Below are positions 57,148 to 64,000 of a stretch of 64,000 nucleotides of DNA, piece after piece. Every line of letters begins with the position of its first letter. The first letter of the stretch is position 1. Position numbers and translations under genes: made by a program. Source of the stretch: Vulcanimicrobiota bacterium (GTDB taxonomy: Bacteria > Vulcanimicrobiota > Vulcanimicrobiia > Vulcanimicrobiales > Vulcanimicrobiaceae); the NCBI GenBank assembly GCA_963733295.1, contig CAVTCS010000003.1, positions 2,848,001 through 2,912,000 on the forward strand, in the 5' to 3' direction. The notes beneath the pieces were generated by a model. The model searched no databases. It saw only the letters and a list, made by a program, of their open reading frames with translations, and was not told the origin of the DNA.

Positions 57148-57641
57148 ACCATCAGTTCTACGCGGATCTGGCGCTCTGGAGCCAGGTGATCGGCTCGACG
57201 GCGTTCCTGGTGGTCGTCGTCTACCTGTGGCGACGCTACGTCACCCCGGCGGTCATCGTTGCGCAGCAGCACAAGAACGAAGAGCTCGCCGCGAACGAAC
57301 GGCGCCGCGACGAAGCGAAGCTTCGCGCCGAGGAGGCGCAGCGCTTGCTGCGCTCGGCCGACGACGACGTGCTCGCGATCCGCGCGCGCGCGCAGCGCGA
57401 CGCGGAGAGCGAGCGCGAACGGCTGCTAAGCGAGGCGACGGGCGAAGGTAAACGGCTGGTACGCAACGCGGAAGGCGAGCTCGGACGGCTCCGCCGCACC
57501 GCCCGTGCGAGCCTGCGGGACGAGTTCGTCGTGCACGCGCTGCGGCTCGCGCGCGAAGCCGCGAGTGAGGTCGATGCATCGACCAATCGCCGGCTGGTCG
57601 ACGAAGCGCTCGCGGCAGTCGAACGCGGGGGTGCGAACTGA
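57144..57641 (+). CDS. atpF: ATP synthase F0 subunit b
   Basis: N-terminal TM, coiled coil, NRRLVDE C-terminus. Confidence 0.85.
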   Translation: MNHQFYADLALWSQVIGSTAFLVVVVYLWRRYVTPAVIVAQQHKNEELAANERRRDEAKLRAEEAQRLLRSADDDVLAIRARAQRDAESERERLLSEATGEGKRLVRNAEGELGRLRRTARASLRDEFVVHALRLAREAASEVDASTNRRLVDEALAAVERGGAN

Positions 57642-58186
57642 TGCAGAACGAAACCGTCGCGCGCCGCTATGCGAGCGCCGTTTTCGGGCTTGCCGTCGAT
57701 GCGAAGGGCGTGACGGAGGTCGGGCGCGACTTGAGCGCAGCTCGCGACGCCTTGTACGGCAGCGAAGATGTCCGGCGCTTTTTCCTCTCGCCGGTTTTCC
57801 AGCGGGCCGATAAGGAACGGCTCTTGAGCGAGGCGTTTCGCGGCAAGCTCGACGAGATCGCTTTCCATACGCTCCTCTTGCTGGTGCGCAAGCGTCGCGA
57901 AGCGCTGCTGCCCTCGATCGTCCTGGCGTACGATCAGTTGGCCCTGGCCGCCTCGGGTAAGGAACCGCTCGAAATCGTCAGCGCGCGCGCTCTCGACCGA
58001 GCCGAATTTCAAAAGATCGTGGAGCGCGTCTCACGAGCCTCGGGAAAGAGTTACCAGGTCACGGAGCGGATCGACCCGAGCCTGCTCGGCGGCGTGCGCA
58101 TAACCTCGGGCGACCTCTGCATCGACGGGTCGATCGCCGCGCGGCTCGACCGGCTCGCTCGCGACCTGTCCACGACGAACGCCTAA
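57641..58186 (+). CDS. atpH: ATP synthase F1 subunit delta
   Basis: VARRYASA, DPSLLGG, IDGS. Confidence 0.94.
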   Translation: MQNETVARRYASAVFGLAVDAKGVTEVGRDLSAARDALYGSEDVRRFFLSPVFQRADKERLLSEAFRGKLDEIAFHTLLLLVRKRREALLPSIVLAYDQLALAASGKEPLEIVSARALDRAEFQKIVERVSRASGKSYQVTERIDPSLLGGVRITSGDLCIDGSIAARLDRLARDLSTTNA

Positions 58187-58205
58187 GTAAGGAAGCAGAA
58201 CTTTC

Positions 58206-59705
58206 ATGATCAACGCCGACGAAATCGCCGGAATTCTCAAAAACCAGATCGCCAACTTCTCGAGCGAAGTACACGAAGACCAAGTCGGCACGGTCATCGA
58301 AGTCGGCTCGAGCATCGCGCGCATCTACGGCCTCGAAATGGTCCAACAGTCGGAGCTGGTCGAATTCGAAAGCGGCGTGCAAGGCATCGTCCTCAATTTG
58401 GAAGAGGACAACGTCGGCGTCGTCATTCTGGGTCCCGACACCGAGATCAAGGAAGGCCAACTGGTCAAGCGCACCGGCCGCATCGTTTCGGTGCCGGTCG
58501 GTCACGCGCTGTTGGGCCGGGTCGTCGATCCGCTCGGCAATCCGGTCGACGGCAAGGGTCCGATCGAGACCAAGAAATACCGCACGATCGAGAACGTCGC
58601 CCCATCCGTCGTGCAGCGTCAAGGCGTCAAACAGCCCTTGCAGACCGGAATCCGCGCCATCGACGCATTGATCCCGATCGGAAAGGGTCAGCGCGAACTC
58701 ATCATCGGCGACCGCGGCACCGGCAAGACGGCCATTGCGATCGATACGATCATCAACCAAAAGGGCCGCGACGTGTACTGCATCTACGTCGCCATCGGCC
58801 AGAAGACGTCGACGGTCGCCTCGCTCGCGCAGATCCTCGAGCAGCGCGGTGCGCTCGAGTTCACGACGATCGTGGCGGTCAGCCCTTCGGAAGCTCCGGC
58901 GCTCAAGTACCTCGCGCCCTACACCGGCTGCGCGATCGGCGAAGAGTTGATGTACGAAGGCAAAGACGTGCTGATCGTCTACGACGACCTCACCAAGCAC
59001 GCAATCGCCTACCGCGAGATGTCGCTCTTGCTGCGCCGTCCACCCGGCCGCGAAGCCTATCCGGGCGACATCTTCTTCCTGCACTCGCGCTTGCTCGAAC
59101 GTGCGGCGAAACTCTCCGACGAGTTGGGCGGCGGTTCGTTGACCGCGCTGCCGATCATCGAAACGCAGGCCGGCGACGTCTCGGCCTACATTCCGACCAA
59201 CCTGATCTCGATTACCGACGGTCAGATCTACCTCACGACGACGTTGTTCTTCCAGGGGATCCGGCCGGCGGTGGACGTCGGCATCTCGGTCTCGCGCGTC
59301 GGCGGCGCAGCGCAAACCAAAGCCATGCGTTCGGTCGCCGGTCAACTGAAGCTCGATCTCGCGCAGTATCGCGAGCTCGCGGCCTTCGCGAAGCTTTCGA
59401 GCGACCTCGACAAGAACACGCGCGCCACGCTGACTCGGGGCGAGAAAATCACCGAGATTCTCAAGCAGCCCCAGTACGAGCCGCAGGCGATGGAAGATCA
59501 GGTCATGGTCATCTTCGCGGGTACGCGCGGGTACTTGACCGACATTCCGACCGACCGGCTCCAGGAGTGGGCGCACAGCTTCGTGCGCTTCGTGCACTCC
59601 AAGCACGCCAATATTCCAAAAGCGATCGATGAGACCAAAACGCTCTCGGAGGACAACACCAAAGCGCTCATTGCAGCCATTGAGGAGTTCAACAAATCGT
59701 TCTAG
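58206..59705 (+). CDS. atpA: ATP synthase F1 subunit alpha
   Basis: [27 protein letters not shown]. Confidence 0.98.
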   Translation: MINADEIAGILKNQIANFSSEVHEDQVGTVIEVGSSIARIYGLEMVQQSELVEFESGVQGIVLNLEEDNVGVVILGPDTEIKEGQLVKRTGRIVSVPVGHALLGRVVDPLGNPVDGKGPIETKKYRTIENVAPSVVQRQGVKQPLQTGIRAIDALIPIGKGQRELIIGDRGTGKTAIAIDTIINQKGRDVYCIYVAIGQKTSTVASLAQILEQRGALEFTTIVAVSPSEAPALKYLAPYTGCAIGEELMYEGKDVLIVYDDLTKHAIAYREMSLLLRRPPGREAYPGDIFFLHSRLLERAAKLSDELGGGSLTALPIIETQAGDVSAYIPTNLISITDGQIYLTTTLFFQGIRPAVDVGISVSRVGGAAQTKAMRSVAGQLKLDLAQYRELAAFAKLSSDLDKNTRATLTRGEKITEILKQPQYEPQAMEDQVMVIFAGTRGYLTDIPTDRLQEWAHSFVRFVHSKHANIPKAIDETKTLSEDNTKALIAAIEEFNKSF

Positions 59706-59765
59706 TGACACTGGCTCGTCGTTGCCGGCGCGGCCGGCCTAGCGGGTCTCGCACGGGAGGCGCCC

Positions 59766-60620
59766 TTGCCTAGCGTTCGGGATTTGCGCGACCGGATTCG
59801 GTCGATGAAGAATACGCAGCAGATCACCAAGGCGATGAAGCAGGTGGCCGCGGCGAAAATCCGGCGCGCCGAGATGGTGCAGAGGCAAGCGCGACCCTAT
59901 GCCGAGGGCATCACCGAGATGCTGAACGACCTGATGAATGCGGTCGGTCACGTCGACCATCCGTTCATGCGTCCGGGGAAAGCGGGAGCGCCCGCCGGCG
60001 TGATTCTCATGACGGCCGACAAAGGGCTGGCCGGAGCGTTCAATTCGAACGTGATACGGGCGGCCGAGTTGTTCGCTCGCGAACATTCGGGCGCGCTTTG
60101 GTATCCGGTCGGAAATAAGGCGGTCGCCGCGGTGCGAAGGCGCGGGGAGCTGGGTGAGTTCTCGACCCCGTTGAGCGGCAAGATGCTGGAGATCGCGCAG
60201 AAGATCGCGCATCGGGTTACGGACGATTTCGTTTCCGGTAAGATTTCGGAGGTCGTGCTGGTTTCGTCCGAGTTCGTTTCGATGATGCTGCAGCGGCCGC
60301 AGGTTCGAACGCTCGTGCCGATCGTGGCCGAGAAGAAAGAACGGCCCGAGGGGCCGCGCGGTGCGGTTGAGTTTGCGCCGTCGCCCGAGGCTGTATTGAA
60401 GGCGCTCTTGCCGAAGTATCTTGAATTCTCGTTGTACTCGGCGATGCTCGAGACGGATGCTTCCTTCTATGCAGCGCAGTTGGTGGCGATGAGTAATGCG
60501 ACGGATAACGCCGGCAAACTCATCGACGAGTTGACGTTGCAGATGAATAAGGCGCGTCAGGGCGCAATTACGAAAGAGATACTCGAAATCGTCGGCGGCG
60601 CCGAAGCGCTCGCAGGCTAA
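59766..60620 (+). CDS. atpG: ATP synthase F1 subunit gamma
   Basis: ITKAMKQVAAAK, DKGLAGAFN, NKARQGAITKEI. Confidence 0.97.
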   Translation: MPSVRDLRDRIRSMKNTQQITKAMKQVAAAKIRRAEMVQRQARPYAEGITEMLNDLMNAVGHVDHPFMRPGKAGAPAGVILMTADKGLAGAFNSNVIRAAELFAREHSGALWYPVGNKAVAAVRRRGELGEFSTPLSGKMLEIAQKIAHRVTDDFVSGKISEVVLVSSEFVSMMLQRPQVRTLVPIVAEKKERPEGPRGAVEFAPSPEAVLKALLPKYLEFSLYSAMLETDASFYAAQLVAMSNATDNAGKLIDELTLQMNKARQGAITKEILEIVGGAEALAG

Positions 60621-60631
60621 CAGGGGAATAG

Positions 60632-62136
<1,505 letters not shown>

Positions 62137-62137
<1 letters not shown>

Positions 62138-62550
62138 TGGCGAACACCATTCCGTTCAGGTTGATCACGCCGACGCAGGTCGCGTACGAGGGCGACGCGG
62201 AGCTCGTCATCGCCGTAGGAACCGAGGGCGAAGAAGGGATCTTACCGTTGCACGCACCCTTCCTCACGGCGCTGCGTCCGGGCGTGTTGCGCGCGAACGT
62301 CGTCGAGAACGGCGTCGCGAAGCGCGTCGAGTTTGCGACCGGCGAGGGCTTCATGCAAGCGCTGCCGGACCGGGTCAGCGTTCTCGTCGACGCCGCGCTC
62401 ACGAGCGACGAGGTCGACGTCGACGCGGCACGCAAGGAGTTGGAAGCGGCGACCGAGCAGCTTCGGGGTCTCGCGCCGCACTCGCCCGAAGCAGCCCGCG
62501 AGCGCGTGCGCGTGGATTTCGCGACGGCCAAGTTGACCGTGGCGGGCTAA
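62137..62550 (+). CDS. atpC: ATP synthase F1 subunit epsilon
   Basis: ITP, EGEEGILPLHAP, GF. Confidence 0.95.
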
Positions 62551-62574
62551 GCCAAAGCAAAGAGAGGTCTCGCC

Positions 62575-63888
62575 GTGAAGATGACCGTTCCGTTTTCCGA
62601 AGCATCGCGCCGGTTCGGCTTCGCCGTTGTCGCGGCCGTTGCGCTCGCGTGTCCCGCGCTCGCGACCTCGGGCGCTTCGACCGACGTCACCCAGTTCCGC
62701 ATGAACGCCGCCAACAACGCGGTCGTGGGCGGAAACCTGCGCGCTGCGTGGACGTTCGAAACCGGCGGCCCGATCTCCGCAAGCCCGACCGTCGTCGACG
62801 GAGTCTTATACCTCGGCAACAACATGGGCCGTCTCGTCGCGCTCGACGTGCGCACCGGGAAACTGATCTGGTCGCAGCAAGCCAAGAACGATCTGATGGC
62901 CCAGCCGCTGGTTTTGGGAAATCAAGTCGTGGTCGGCGAGGGAAACGAGGAGTCCGACGTACGGTCCGGCGTCGTTCACGTGGGCACCGGCGAAAACGCG
63001 ATCCTTTCGTTCGATCGCGCAACCGGCAAACCGATGTGGTCCGCACCTCTGGGCGGCACCGGGATGCCGACTCCGGCGCTCGTTGGGGGAGTGCTGGTCG
63101 ATCACAACGGTAGCGGCGACGTCGTCGGCATCGATCCCGCGACCGGGAAGATCAAGTACCAACGTTTCACCGGAACGATCCCTTCGATGGTCGGGCTTAT
63201 GCCGGTCGGCAAGTTCGCGGTCATCAGCGGTGGTCAAACGAAGACTACGATGGTCGCGCTCAACGCAAGCGACGGCAGTACGATCTGGCAGCGCGAATTT
63301 CCCAAAGCCTCGGGCCTCGGCGACTGTCCGCCGGCCGGCGACGGGCAGCTCGTCTTCTGCGATTACGTCGCTCTGATTCCACCCGAAGACTTCGTGCAAG
63401 CCGGCAAGCTGAACACGCTGCACGCCTATGCGCTCGATGCGATGACCGGCGCGCCGGTGTGGGACACCGCCCTCGAGTCCGGCATCCTGCCCAAACGGAA
63501 TCAGTCGGCGATCCCGCTCTACGACAGCGGAACGCTCTTTCTGGGCAGCGCGATCGCGCCATACATGCACGCGCTCGACGCGCAGACCGGCAAATTGCTG
63601 TGGCGCACGAAGGTGCGCGGTCCGGTGAAGAACGGCCCGGTCGCCGTCGCCGGCGTTCTGTACTTCGGCGACCTCGGCGGCAACCTGTGGGCGCTCGACG
63701 AGAAGACGGGCAAAGTCATCGGCGTGCGGCACCAGAAGACGAAGTTCAACGTGGGCTCGGCGATCGTCGTCGGCAAAACGCTCATCATCGGAAGTGCGAC
63801 GGGACGCATCGTCGCAGTGCCGCTCGACGTCATCAAGACTTCACACGACAAAGCCCCGCCCGCCGCCGCAGCAAAGGGCGCGCCCTAA
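62575..63888 (+). CDS. Secreted PQQ-like/BamB-like beta-propeller protein
   Basis: Signal peptide and repeated ALD..TG...W motifs. Confidence 0.85.
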   Translation: MKMTVPFSEASRRFGFAVVAAVALACPALATSGASTDVTQFRMNAANNAVVGGNLRAAWTFETGGPISASPTVVDGVLYLGNNMGRLVALDVRTGKLIWSQQAKNDLMAQPLVLGNQVVVGEGNEESDVRSGVVHVGTGENAILSFDRATGKPMWSAPLGGTGMPTPALVGGVLVDHNGSGDVVGIDPATGKIKYQRFTGTIPSMVGLMPVGKFAVISGGQTKTTMVALNASDGSTIWQREFPKASGLGDCPPAGDGQLVFCDYVALIPPEDFVQAGKLNTLHAYALDAMTGAPVWDTALESGILPKRNQSAIPLYDSGTLFLGSAIAPYMHALDAQTGKLLWRTKVRGPVKNGPVAVAGVLYFGDLGGNLWALDEKTGKVIGVRHQKTKFNVGSAIVVGKTLIIGSATGRIVAVPLDVIKTSHDKAPPAAAAKGAP

Positions 63889-63898
63889 CCCGGCGTCG

Positions 63899-64000
63899 CT
63901 ACGCTTTTGGGCCGGGAGTCTCGACGGCGGGCACGAGCGCTTGCTCCGCAGCGTCGCGCTTCCAGGGCGGATCGAGGCGCAACAGCGGGCGCTCGAAGTA
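63899..64000 (-). CDS. 3' end of a probable acyltransferase-3 (OafA-like) protein, partial
   Basis: Minus strand reads YFERPLLRLDPPWKR...PKA*; YFERP resembles the AT3 C-terminal motif. Confidence 0.45.
   Translation of the reverse strand, partial: YFERPLLRLDPPWKRDAAEQALVPAVETPGPKA

Overview
High-GC bacterial chromosomal window, almost entirely gene-dense core genome. It combines Firmicutes-like gene order (maf-mreBCD-pbp2; rpmA-obg-nadD; fabF-rnc-smc; rpiB-glyA-upp-dCMP deaminase-tagO-wecB-atp; Bacillus-type 6S RNA; L27 with a Prp-type N-terminal extension) with diderm features (ADP-heptose/GT9/LpxB-like LPS-core cluster, an outer-membrane beta-barrel protein, a CsgG-like protein). This suggests a diderm Terrabacteria lineage such as Eremiobacterota/Vulcanimicrobiota (inference). 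An accessory block lies between purH and hisS (~16.2-26.5 kb). No rRNA, tRNA, CRISPR array, integrase or transposase was recognised. Most notable observations: (1) a divergent MreB whose catalytic EEPM motif is replaced by an actin-like QAV and which has an FtsA-like C-terminal amphipathic tail; (2) an adenylate cyclase-STAND ATPase-TPR gene bracketed by a 175-bp diverged direct repeat of a glyoxalase 3' half, resembling an integration scar; (3) several genes that appear to need non-canonical (ATC/CTG/ATT) start codons; (4) a copper-amine-oxidase-N/poly-Pro/beta-barrel candidate outer-membrane tether; (5) a hairpin-embedded leader ORF ahead of fabF-rnc; (6) four clustered +1 frameshifts, probably assembly errors.
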